Shown here: piece after piece, positions 1 to 11,994 of the stretch
Numbering within the stretch: the stretch's first letter is position 1
Layout: the number at the start of each line of letters is the position of its first letter
Source of the DNA: Paragordius varius
Lineage: Eukaryota > Animalia > Nematomorpha
Assembly (NCBI GenBank): GCA_964247055.1
Contig: OZ176056.1
Coordinates: forward strand, 6,510,001-6,574,000
DNA length: 64,000 nt
Reading direction: 5' to 3'
The notes under the pieces: generated by a model
Told to the model about the DNA's origin: nothing
The model's database searches: none
The model's input: the letters and a program-made list of their open reading frames with translations, nothing else
Made by a program: the position numbers and the translations under genes

Positions 1-3000
1 TCGGTTGTGTCGGATCATATGTATTATTATTCTCATTAGAACTATTTTTGCTAGCATCTAAATAATCACTTTTATTCGAATTTAAAGATGGTGTTCCATT
101 GTTTGAAACCATATTATTTAAGGAGGGTGAAATCAAAAACCCAGTAGGTGGTGTATTCATAGTAGGCCCAGCTAGGGGAGAGACCAGGTTAGGTGGGGTA
201 ACGGCCCGCCCCACCCGCAAAAATTGACCGCCCAAATCAAACAAATTCATGGCGGCCATGGCATCCTCGGCAGCTTGACCGGTGGAATATTCGATGAAAC
301 CGTAACCTCTGTGAGAAAATAAAAAAAAAGTAAAAATTAAAATTGAATAAAGAAAAGCATTTTTTAAAGCAGTTATAATAATTTTATAAATATATATATA
401 TATATATATATATCTATATATATGTATGTGATCATACTATCAAGTTTTAAATTAAATAATAGAGAGAGGTAATTTGTCCACATAATCTATGATGATTCAA
501 AATTATAATTATGTATTAAAGTTACAATTTTAAAGTCAAAATTAAAAAACTAGACGAACAATTTTTTGATATAACCAATATTTAACACTTGGATACAAAA
601 CTTTCATTTTAGTCCTTCGATTCAAATTGGGGTAGTTGGATATCCCAGGCCTGATTAAACATAAATTCGTTAAAATATGGAAGGAATTAACACCATGATT
701 TTGCACTTAAATAATATTAAAACTTGAAATATGTCAAAAATTTTGTTCAAAAATACTTGATATTACTTATTTTAAGCTAAAACCGAAAGATAAAAATTTA
801 GCCAACGTGACATGTGTGCAATGGTAAAATTAAAAATAATATCAAATAAACCTCTTTTTCTATAATGTTAGATGTAATTTAAATAAAAAATTAGCTTTAA
901 TTTTACCCTTAAAATTAAATAAAGACGAAAATTTGCAAAAAATTTTATTTAGATATTTTGGAATATTTATATAATTTTTATTAGGATAGTAGCAGAAATT
1001 CAAATTGAGACCGTTTCCTTCAGTAGTATGCTCCTAATTTAAACAATTTGATTTGAAGTGTTAAGGGATAGAGATTATTTAAACCATGTTCAATATTATC
1101 ATATTATTCAAAATTATATAATAGTGGGCATAAACCTCTGAAAAGCGTCACATAAAATCATAAAAATAAATATTACAACTCCTAATACCGAAAACTTCAA
1201 AAACAGATTAATAGATATCAAATCATATTCATACATTTTTAACACTAAATAACAGACTATTTTAGACCAAATTTTTATATATTTTTTGACCCAAGACATA
1301 AACTTTTATCACATTAAAACACTAATAAGTGTTTGGTGGTAAGGGGTATATAAACCATACCAAAAAACCCGTTTTTTCAAACAAAACTCATTTTTTAAAC
1401 AAAGCCTCATAATTACTTAAAAAAGTCATTTTAAAATCAAATATTCTTCAAATGAATTTTGGAAATTAACATTTTTCTAGGCTATTTAAGTATAAAAAAA
1501 CTTGTGTTTTGTCGTCAAGGGGATAGGAGCCAGCTTACAACTCCGGACATGACCAAAATCTTCAAAAACAGATTTATGATAAATTTAACCAACCAACATT
1601 TTTAAAACCCAATTCATACAATTTTAAATCAAATTTTCATAAATTTTTTGAACCAAGACATAATAAACTTTTATCACATTATAACGATATGTTTGATGGT
1701 AAGGGGTATATGAACCATGTTAAAAAAACTCATTTTTCGAACAAAGCCTCATACTCACTTAAAAATAGTGAATTTAAAACACAAATATTCATACGTTTTT
1801 TCAAAAAATGTTAGAAATTAACATTTTTCTAGGCTATTTAAGTATAAAAAAACTTGTGTTTTGTCGTCAAGGGGATAGGGGCCAACTTACAACTCCGGAC
1901 ATGACCAAACGCTTCAAAAACCGATTTAACATCATCCTCAGTTAGCTCGGGGTGTATGCTAGCCACATAAAGTCTATGATATGTTCGCGCCTCACGTCTA
2001 ATTTCTTCTATAATGGGTTGGGCCTGGGGCATGTTACTTGGGCGTCCGACCTTGCATTTAATAATCATACCATTTTTTTCAGTCAAAAACAACATTTTTA
2101 CAAGCAAACGCAATATTTTATCAAGGAAAGGAAAAAATTTTCAAGCAAAGGCAATATTTTTACAAAAAAAGACAGCTAAAAAATGTTGCGTTTGGTTGAA
2201 AAAATGTTGCGTTTATTAAAAAATATGCGTGTATTAATAAAGTTTTTTGATATTTTACAAAAACAAGTAATATAATATATTTATTATAAATTTTGATATT
2301 TTTTCAAATTCTATTAATATTATTAGTTAGGCATAAAACTTATTTAAGAAACATCCACATCAATTGAGTTTTACCATTAAAATTTATGCAAAAATATTAA
2401 ACTGCTATATTTACGTTAAAAACTTGTATTCTTTTCGAATAAATTGTTTTTCTAACTTAATAATAAAAGCCAACCATATTTCTTAAATGATAAATACAAA
2501 AAATCTTCTTCACATGTATTTATTTAACATAACCAATACTTTTGTAACAAGATATAAATATATATATTTGCGTATAATTTTAAAAATTATATAATATTCA
2601 GGGAATTATGGTTCCTTTTTTTAAAAAAAAGCAAGGTCTTCATCTCTTTGATTCCACAAAAAAGTCAAATCAAAATATTTTAACATATAACAATTTTTCA
2701 CACTATAACATAGGGATTAAATCATCTAACACCAGCTTGATTGACGCTAAAAATGTGTATAAGCTTTTGAAATTCTCAATTGTTTCCATATCTTCGTTCT
2801 TTTAGTGAAAAAAAGGAGAACCATAAGGACAAAAGGAAAAACTAAATCTTTGTACTTTATTAGACTTAAATAATACAATTATAAAATATATGATTTACCG
2901 TGTTACCAACCAATTATTCCTCTTTTAATATCCAAAATATTATGAGAACAAACCAAGGTATAAAATATATAGTATATCTTTATATAAAAAATTTCCCTTA

Positions 3001-6000
3001 ATTTTTACATTATACTTTATATTTCTAATATAAAACAACAGTTCAATAACATTTCCACAAAAAAGTACGTTCAAAAAGTGTCAAACTTCACAAAAATCCA
3101 TGAAATAAACCCTAATTCAATATTGTAATAGACAAAAAAACCTAAATTTATATATTTGTACGCACCTTAATATTCCGACCACCCATGTACATTATATCTT
3201 TATATTTTAAAATATAAAGCAACAATTCAATAACATTTCCACAAAAAATACGTTTAAAAAGTGTCAAACTTCACAAATATCTATGAAATAAACCCTATTT
3301 TAATATTCTAAGACAAAAAAACTTAAATTTGTAAATATTAACAATACGCACCTTAATGACCACCCATGTACATTATATCTTTATATTTCTAATATAAAGC
3401 AACAATTCAATAACATTTCCACAAAAAAGTACGTTCAAAAAGTGTCAAACTTCACAAAAATCCATGAAATAAACCCTAATTCAATATTGTAATAGACAAA
3501 AAAACCTAAATTTATATATTTGTACGCACCTTAATATTCCGACCACCCATGTACATTATATCTTTATATTTTAAAATATAAAGCAACAATTCAATAACAT
3601 TTCCACAAAAAATACGTTTAAAAAGTGTCAAACTTCACAAATATCTATGAAATAAACCCTATTTTAATATTCTAAGACAAAAAAACTTAAATTTGTAAAT
3701 ATTAACAATACGCACCTTAATGACCACCCATGTACATTATATCTTTATATTTCTAATATAAAGCAACAATTCAATAACATTTCCACAAAAAAGTACGTTC
3801 AAAAAGTGTCAAACTTCACAAAAATCCATGAAATAAACCCTAATTCAATATTGTAATAGACAAAAAAACCTAAATTTATATATTTGTACGCACCTTAATA
3901 TTCCGACCACCCATGTACATTATATCTTTATATTTTAAATATAAAGCAACAATTCAATAACATTTCCACAAAAAATACGTTTAAAAAGTGTCAAACTTCA
4001 CAAATATCTATGAAATAAACCCTATTTTAATATTCTAAGACAAAAAAACTTAAATTTGTAAATATTAACAATACGCACCTTAATGACCACCCATGTACAT
4101 TATATCTTTATATTTCTAATATAAAGCAACAATTCAATAACATTTCCACAAAAAAATACGTTTAAAAAGTGTCAAACTTCACAAAAATCCTTAATAAACC
4201 CTATTTTAATATTCTAAGACAAAAAAACCTAAATTTGTAAATATTAACAATACGCACCTTAATATTCCGACCACCCATATACATTATATCTTTATATTTC
4301 TAATATAAAGCGTCAATTTAATAACATCTCCACAAAAAAATACGTTTAAAAAGTGTCAAACTTCACAAAAATCCATGAAATAAACCCTGATTTTAAAAAA
4401 ACCCACCTTAATATTCCGACCACCCATGTACATTATATCTTTATATTTTTAATATAAGGCAACAATTCAATAACATTTCCACAAAAGTGTACGTTTAAAA
4501 AGTGTCAAACTTCACAAAAATCCTTAATAAACCCTATTTTAATATTCTAAGACAAAAAAACTTAAATTTGTAAATATTAACAATACGCACCTTAATGACC
4601 ACCCATGTACATTATATCTTTATATTTCTAATATAAAGCAACAATTCAATAACATTTCCACAAAAAAATACGTTTAAAAAGTGTCAAACTTCACAAAAAT
4701 CCTTAATAAACCCTATTTTAATATTCTAAGACAAAAAAACCTAAATTTGTAAATATTAACAATACGCACCTTAATATTCCGACCACCCATATACATTATA
4801 TCTTTATATTTCTAATATAAAGCGTCAATTTAATAACATCTCCACAAAAAAATACGTTTAAAAAGTGTCAAACTTCACAAAAATCCATGAAATAAACCCT
4901 GATTTTAAAAAAACCCACCTTAATATTCCGACCACCCATGTACATTATATCTTTATATTTCTAATATAAAGCGTCAATTTAATAACATCTCCACTAAAAA
5001 GTGTCAAACTTCACAAAAATCCATGAAATAAACCCTAATTTATAACCAAAACGCACCTTAATATTCCGACCACCCATGTACATTATATCTCTATATTTTT
5101 AATATAAAGCAACAATTCAATAACATCTCCACGGAAGAATTACGTTTAAAAAGTGTCAAACTTCACAAAAAAAACCTTAAAATAAACCCTAATTTATGAA
5201 AAAAACGCACCTTAATATTCCGACCACCCATGATAAAACCACTCATATGGGCGATTGAAAGGTCTGCGGCCTCTGGAGTTTCGTATTCCAGGAAGGCGAA
5301 ACCTTTGTGCTTTTGTGAGATGGCATCGTACGACATACTAATACTCCGGATAGGACCAAAGGGTAAAAAGGCTGTCCGAATCGTTTCCTCGGTCACATCA
5401 AAATTTATGCTTCCAATGTAAATGCGACACATGAGCGCTAACGCTTGTTGTTTTTGCATATTCGATTTTTGGGTCATCATTTGCTAAATATTTTATGTAT
5501 ATATATATTTATAAAAATAAATTATGTCTCTTTTATTTTTAAGATTAAAAATTACCTTTATTTTATCATTTTTTTTTCATAAAAATATGAATTGCTGTTT
5601 AAAATTGATAGCTGAAATAATAATAAACTATGTAGTAAAAATATATTTTTTATTAATGATGAGTTTAAACACATAATTTAATCTTAGGGGGAATTCGAAT
5701 TGTTAAAGAGTGAATTTAAATTGTTTGAGAATAAATTTGAATTGTTCGAGGGTGGAATTCGAATTGTAAATAGTATATATAAACAATGAAAGATAGATAC
5801 ACGCTAAATTTACCCTTGGACAATTCATATTCACCGCAAAAATAGTTGATGTGTTTTCGGGCTAATATAACTCAACATTGGTAAAAAATATTTCTTTATG
5901 GCACAGTCTATTATTTTTCAGTATTTTTATGTAAATTTTAAACAAATTTTTTTTTAAAAAATACACAAAAATATAGGTAATTTTTAATATTCGAAAACAC

Positions 6001-6733
6001 ATAATCTATTTTAGGTTGAGTTGCAAATGGTATATATAGGAAAAAGGATAATAATAAAAATGATAATGCTAACACAAAATTGTTTCATTAATATTCGCAA
6101 AAAACAAATCAAATGTCAAACTTGCAAAAGATCGCTACAAATAAGTTTAAAAAAAATGGAATGATATAATATTATATCAATATATTAAAATAAAACCGAG
6201 GAAATTTCAGCCATAGAAATAATTTTAGAATTTAAGCCAATAAAATAATAATAAAAGTCCCAATTTACCATAATCTGTTGTTGTTGGGCTGAACTTAACA
6301 TAACACCCCCAGTAGATGGTAAGAATGGATTTATAGCGGCTGTTTGTTTTAAAGCATTTTTCAAGGTTTGTTCGGAAGCGTATTTCTTAGCCTTCTCAAG
6401 CAATTGCATGTGGGTCAAATTGAGTTTATCCAAAACCTTTATACGTGATATAGGTAGAGCCGATAAACCTTGTGTTAACGTGTAAAAAGATGTTAGAGAT
6501 ATGGAATTTGCAGTTACATATATAGAGTTATTTTTTATTTTTGAAGTAATAGATTGTTACTTTTCTTGAGATTAGAAATCATTTCTGCACTCTTTGGATC
6601 AATCAACACGTTAGGTTGTTTAATGGTACTACCATTACTTACCCCTACTTTTCTTGCTCCAGGACCTTCTAACACAGGTTCAAATTGATCTCGAATAGCT
6701 AAAGAAAATAAAAAATTTATTGATACCTGCCAT
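1..6733 (-). CDS. PUF60: Poly(U)-binding splicing factor PUF60 / half pint, 5' six exons (3' end lies outside the window)
   Basis: Exons (minus strand): 6733-6727 (ATG GCA G), 6698-6561, 6468-6269, 5483-5211, 2050-1854, 308-<1. All introns are GT-AG with consistent phases. The translation gives [14 protein letters not shown]1 ([15 protein letters not shown]...[16 protein letters not shown]...GGRNIK), [14 protein letters not shown] and RRM2 ([24 protein letters not shown]...KHKGYGFIEY...[21 protein letters not shown]), matching PUF60/hfp. The first micro-exon is less certain than the rest. Confidence 0.95.
586..1060. mobile_element. Non-autonomous TTAA-flanked (piggyBac-like) element in PUF60 intron 5
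   Basis: ttaa|CACTT...AAGTG|ttaa termini (TTAA at 582-585 and 1061-1064). An inverted relative lies at 23884-24464 and a partial copy at about 13090-13440. Confidence 0.7.
1150..1912. repeat. Direct duplication of about 350 bp spanning the PUF60 exon 5 3' end, donor site and proximal intron 5
   Basis: ggctatttaagtataaaaaaacttgtgttttgtcgtcaaggggatagg occurs at about 1480-1530 and 1832-1880. The flanking intronic blocks (ccaagacata...ggtaaggggtata...aaagcctcat) are also repeated. Confidence 0.85.
3005..5232. repeat. Tandem array of about 13 units (138-186 bp, with higher-order dimers), each containing the PUF60 exon 4 end and 5' splice site
   Basis: The motif (c)gcaccttaatattccgaccacccat or its deletion variant recurs with the donor G at 5210 (real), 5056, 4918, 4769, 4590, 4406, 4257, 4078, 3893, 3715, 3529, 3351 and 3165. 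Confidence 0.95.
5670..5850. mobile_element. Fragments of MITE family A (ttgaattgtt...gggtgaatt subterminal repeats) in PUF60 intron 3
   Basis: Repeats of gaattgttcgagggtggaattcgaattgtaaatagtata resemble the complete copies at 12599, 26832, 28593 and 31949. Confidence 0.55.
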
Positions 6734-6796
6734 ATCAATTAGAATGGTATATCAAACTAAAAAACGTATATTCAGCTGTAATATAATGAAAACAGC
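6734..6796. promoter_or_regulatory. 63-bp divergent spacer between the PUF60 and COX16 start codons (bidirectional promoter/5' UTR region)
   Basis: PUF60 ATG at 6733 (-) and COX16 ATG at 6797 (+). The regulatory role is inferred from position only. Confidence 0.55.
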
Positions 6797-7267
6797 ATGT
6801 CAAAAAATATTTTACAGTCGCATTTATTCAAAACTGGATTGCCTTTTGCAGTAAAATCACAAATAATTTTAGGCTTTCATATTAATTGGAGTATATGTTC
6901 TCAAAGAATCACAAGAAATTCGATTTAAATACCGGAAAGTCAAACCAGTATTTTTATTTATTACATAGAGTTTGTTGAAAAAATTAAAGATGAAACAAAT
7001 CGTATAATAACAAACAATAAATTAACCATTGAAGATGCCTACAAAGTTGATAAACCATATAAATACTAGGAAAACATTCAAAATAAAAATTTTAACGACT
7101 GGGAAAACATAAGAGGACCACGTGAATATGAACCCGAAACATGGGGTTTACAAAAATGGAATTATAAGAAAAATAAAATAGATCATAATTGTCATTTATT
7201 AATTGATATTGCGAATAAATTTGAGTTTATAAAATATTTTTTTATATATACCACATTTTATTTATAA
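6797..7267 (+). CDS. COX16: Cytochrome c oxidase assembly protein COX16 (about 133 aa, 4 exons, three introns of 22-24 nt)
   Basis: Exons 6797-6850, 6873-6947, 6971-7045, 7070-7267 give MSKNILQSHLFKTGLPFA|AFILIGVYVLKESQEIRFKYRKVKP|FVEKIKDETNRIITNNKLTIEDAYK|ENIQNKNFNDWENIRGPREYEPETW..., matching the COX16 pattern (G.P..., TM helix, IRY, W.NIRGPR.W/YE). Retaining any of the three introns produces a premature stop. The exact C-terminus is less certain. Confidence 0.9.
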
Positions 7268-7793
7268 ACTCAAAATAGATTAAGATATGTCTTAATTAAA
7301 CACCGGCTTATTCCATAGATCGACGGTTAAATATTTAATAAACGATGATATATATATAAGTTTTGTTTTAGATTATACTTTTTTAAAATGGTTTTCCGCT
7401 TTAGTTAATATTTTGTTCCGAAACGATCGGTACCAATTTCTGGCTCAAATACCATTTAATATTATAAAGAAACGTTTAACATCTTGGTTGCTAGGTTTAA
7501 CTTTTGAGTTATAAAAAGTATATTACATCTTGATTATATCAAAAAAAAATTATGTAATACAGTTTTCTAAGTAAACCTGTTATTTACTTAACTAATTTAT
7601 TTTGCTTATAATCATTGATTGAAATATGAAAAATCGGCAAATAGGGGCGGGGTGACATATTTTTATAACATTTTTTTGAAGTTTACAAATTATTTTTTTT
7701 TAAGTTACTATACATTTAAATCGTGCAAATCACACTAATTGAAAATACCATATATGAATATATTGAATCCTCAATGCCTTATACCAAGGGTCG

Positions 7794-8300
7794 GCAACAT
7801 AGGCTCGCGACCCAAATTTGGCTTGCCGTGTGTTTTTATATGGCCGCCAAAACATTTCGGAAAATTTTAAAAAATTAAATTAAAGTATTGAGCGTGCTGA
7901 AACGCGGCCTGTAAATGATTGAAAAATTTAGCATTTCACGATATACTTTTATATATTCATATGTTTGCACATAAGCATGCACAAATTGACAACCATGTTT
8001 CACTATTATAATTCTTAATTTTTGATTTATTGGTAAATTATATATATATTATTGTAGATAAAATAAGTGAATCAAAGAAAACAAAAATTATTAAAAAATA
8101 CCTCAAATTCAGTCAAAATGGGACTTAGTTTATTTTATTATTGATAACCAAAAAACTGCTATGTTTAATTTGCAAAGAAATACACGAACTCAAAAACAAG
8201 ACTAGATAAAATTAATTTTTTACGAAAGTCCTTAGAAACTACAAAACATTTTTAAAAATATTAGGTATAAAAAAGAAGTGCAAAATTGCCTAGCAATTAT
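7794..8300 (+). mobile_element. Degenerate hAT (GTF2IRD2/SPIN-like) left end and N-terminal transposase relic
   Basis: caagggtcggcaacataggctcgcgacccaaatttggc resembles a hAT terminus. The downstream reading KFSQNG..LLCLICKE resembles the zinc-finger N-terminus. No right end was found. Confidence 0.4.
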
Positions 8301-8695
8301 TTGTAAAGTTATGAGATCACTGGACTCTAATTATGTCTTGTGCCGGTGAATGAGTGCTTTTCTGAAAACATTGATAAATACCCACTAACTATAAAGGCCA
8401 TAAGAACCAGCCATTTAAAATAATTACATCCCATTCAAGAGCAATATTGTCAATTTTTTACAAACACCATGTTAGGATGTTAACTATCCTGGTTACTATC
8501 TACCCATATTAAAACGTCAAGTTTACACAGAGAGCTAAATTTTATTCTTAAATAAGTTTGATTCTGATAAGTTTCATTTTTTCCATTATTGAATAGGGTA
8601 TCGTTCAAATCGAAGAATGAAATGAAACCAAAAATGTTAAAATCATTATATATAGAATAGTGAGGAATAATTAAAATATTTATTAATTGCGCTCA

Positions 8696-11600
8696 TTAAA
8701 TATTATCACTATCAACAAAATGCTTATGGTCTGTTATTACAGTTTTTGGGCGAAGTATTTTAGACATAAGTACAGTGACGGTTTTAGGCAAGGATGAGGC
8801 ATATTGACTCTTCTTAAACATGAAAAACAGAACCAACAATAGTAAAAATAACACAATAATTGTTATAAACACGGATATTGCGACATTGTGTTGAATTTGT
8901 CGCTTCTTCTGACTAGAGGGGGATTTCATATGGCCAACAAATTCGTCACACATTGGTTCCAACTTTTTCAACAAAGTTGCTGTATCGGTTAACGGAATGT
9001 TTGACATATTTAACTTTGTGTTTGAACAGGTACCAATAATTTGTTTGGCTTGCGATCTGTCTTCGGAATTACCAAAAAAATAATCTAGATAATCGCCCTC
9101 GTCCTCCTCTTCGAGATCGGTTAAAGTGGTGGAAAAATCTTTCTGGTTATCGAATGATTTTGCAAGTTCATAAACGTCACAATCACATATTATGGGATTA
9201 TCTAAAAAAATGTTTTATATTAAATATCATTAATAATGATTAAGTGTCAACGAAAATTGAATAAAGACAAATTAACAAATTTTTTATATAATCTGGCAAA
9301 CATATTTGATATGCATTAAATATATTATAAAGTATTAATATATATGTAAATTCCACAATAAATTATAAATGATGGCATTAAATATAAATTTTTATTATCT
9401 ATGATTGGCTAGTTAGGTTTGGGCCAGTTAAAAAACCGCCTGGCATCTCAGTTCATGCAGTCATCTTTCGACTCAATCAAACAGTGATTCAAATTTAAAA
9501 TGATATTGTACCCTAATATAAAAAGTTCAAAATCGATTGTTGGTTTTTTTTTAAATTGGTAGTATTTCATTCATTAAATCTATTTAATTTTTTCTATCAT
9601 ATTGTCAAGTAGTGATAAATACGTTTGAATTTTATGCAGTCACGAGTCCTCATAAATGTTTTCCAAGAACATTTATAATTAAAAATATAAATATTTTTAT
9701 ATAAAACATATATTAAGGTTGGTCCTTAACAGTTCAAATTGGCCTTAAACAATTTAAGTTGGTCCTTAACATTACAAGTTGGGCCTTAAAAATTTATTTT
9801 TTTATAACCATAACCTATTGCATATATTTATCTATTGGATCAATTTTACCTAACACTAAACTTTGATTTATTGTATAATTTAAAGTCTTTCATTCAAAAC
9901 TTTCTAATTATCACTAATTTACTTTAAAATTAAGATAAATTAGTCATAAAACTTATATATTTTTAACTTAGGCATTAAAACCTAAACTAAATCAATTTAT
10001 TTTTTTTACTAAAAACATATTCTTATTGAATGAAAGAAGTTGAGCTTGACTGACGTGGATAATGCTTGGAAAGATGAATTACGCTGATTAATTGTTCAAA
10101 GTCATCGGCGAAACAAAAATGTTTATAGGATTAATTTTAAATGTTCAAATACTAACTTGATATGCTTAACCTTTAAATGTTCCAGGACCAATAAAACCAA
10201 GGGCCGACAAGAAATGTAAGGAACATTTTGAGATGTTTAAAGACCTTATATGTTTATAGGCCAGTCAATAATATTCAAAGACCAATCTAAAACAAGGACC
10301 GACTTGAGGTGTAAATGGTTTGATTAATGTTTTGTGTAGCCGTTTATTAAACATAAAAAATATTAATAAGTAAAATTGAATATCATACCTTTTAGATATA
10401 TCATCGCTCTTTTCGGAAAATTAGATATCAATTCTGCCAAACCCTTAACATTACTAATTAAATTGTGATTTAACGTGATTATTAATAGATTAGAAAATAT
10501 AACAAAATGTTCAGGAACACTTGTAAGCCTATTATGATTTAAATCTATTAGTTTCAAAGAATCCTTGAAAGTTAAATCGGGATCTATGATCAATGTGTGG
10601 ATCATATTGTAGGACAGCGATAAATATTGCAGTTTGGAGGAAAAGTTAAGATGTGCAAAATCAACTTTTTCAATTTTATTTTTAAAAAATGACAATTTTG
10701 TCAGGTTAGACAAGTTTTTGAGAAATGGTGGCAAATTCGTAAATTTATTTTGAGTTAGAGCTAAACTGTCCAAAGATCCAGAAAAATCTGCAAATACAGC
10801 AGGTGATATTTGTGACAGCAAATTGTTCGTTAAATAAAGAGTTTTAATTCCATTACATCCAGCCAAGGGATTAATTTTAGTGAAAGCCATATTGTTAAGA
10901 TTATTATCAGAAATATCTATTATTTCTAAGGGGTTGTTAGGCGTCAGATGTGTATTTTTTCCACCGTCAATGTGACAGAATGATGGGACTTGTTTTAAAC
11001 GATTGTTCCTCAAGCTGACCTCCTTTAATCGTCTAAAATCTTTAAAGAAATCTGAAGTTATGGTCTCCATTTTACAATCATCCAATGTTAACACTTCAAG
11101 AGTGGAGAAATATTTGTGAAATGGAAGAATTTCGGCATTCAAGCTTTTTAAGGGCATATCGTGTAGCTCTAATTTGCTTAGCTTAAAATTTGTAGAGGAT
11201 AGAAGGCTATGGCAAGTGCTAATATTTTTTTGTGTCCAAACTAAATTTTTTAATTTTGGAAGGTAATCAAGGTCTTCAATACGCTCCAATCCCATGATTT
11301 TATTTGAGTGTATGAAATTAATTGTTAAGTTAACCAAATTTTCCATGGACTCTAGGACAGAAAAATCAAAAAATGGCATTTGCTCTAAATGTATTTCCAA
11401 TGCTTTGAGGTTTTTACATCGTCCAACTGCTTGAAAAAGATTCTGATATTCTTCTTCTCTATGGAAAATAGGTTTAGAGGCAAAATCTATCAATTTTATT
11501 ACGGTAAGATCATTTAGTAAGGAATCTAAGGCCCTAGCTTCGAAATTATTTATGGTAGATGCGTGTAAGTTTAATTCATTAATTTTGATTTGGGCAGCTA

Positions 11601-11994
11601 TATGGTCAGGTACCAAATTAGTTAAATGTTCTATCTTACATCCGTACAATGTCAACGATATAGGTGTGTTGGTGAAATTCGAGTTAACCGTAAAAACTGT
11701 CAGAATGTCGTAAATGTCTCTTTCTTCCAAGTTCCCAGTAATCATTACATTATATTGATAATATTTGACGTTTTCTTTGTCCTTTTTGCCCATATCCTTT
11801 TGAGTCATTTTATTTTGATTGTTTATTCCTACCCTACAATGTGCAAATAAGTGACTAGGTAATTGTGGACAGATAGGTTTTATCGTTTTACTCTCGGCCG
11901 CCGAAATCTGTGTATTGATTAATATACCGCTATGGATTATGAAGCCAATCCATATTGAAATAGAAATGCATGATAATTGATGCCAAATATTCAT
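8696..11994 (-). CDS. Leucine-rich-repeat type-I membrane protein (signal peptide, many LRRs, LRR-CT, TM, short tail, no TIR), about 703 aa
   Basis: Exon 1 11994-10389 (hydrophobic N-terminus; repeats such as LKEVSLRNNRLKQVP, IKTLYLTNNLLSQIS, LTKLSFFKNKIEKV), phase-1 intron, exon 2 9201-8696 starting D-NPIICDC (LRR-CT) with TM segment VAISVFITIIVLFLLLLVLFFMF followed by KK. Confidence 0.88.

Noticed and set aside
1499-1600. Mutually exclusive alternative PUF60 exon 5
   Set aside because: The copy covers only the exon's 3' part, has an in-frame TAA just upstream and has no AG acceptor between that stop and the copied segment.
3005-5232. CRISPR-like appearance (conserved 26-nt motif at regular spacing)
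   Set aside because: The spacers are themselves near-identical, the context is a eukaryotic intron and there are no cas genes. It is a tandem repeat of an exon-intron junction.
7150-7267. COX16 C-terminal extension as a novel domain
   Set aside because: It is AT-rich, resembles UTR sequence and may reflect stop-codon drift or a further short intron. It cannot be resolved without cDNA.
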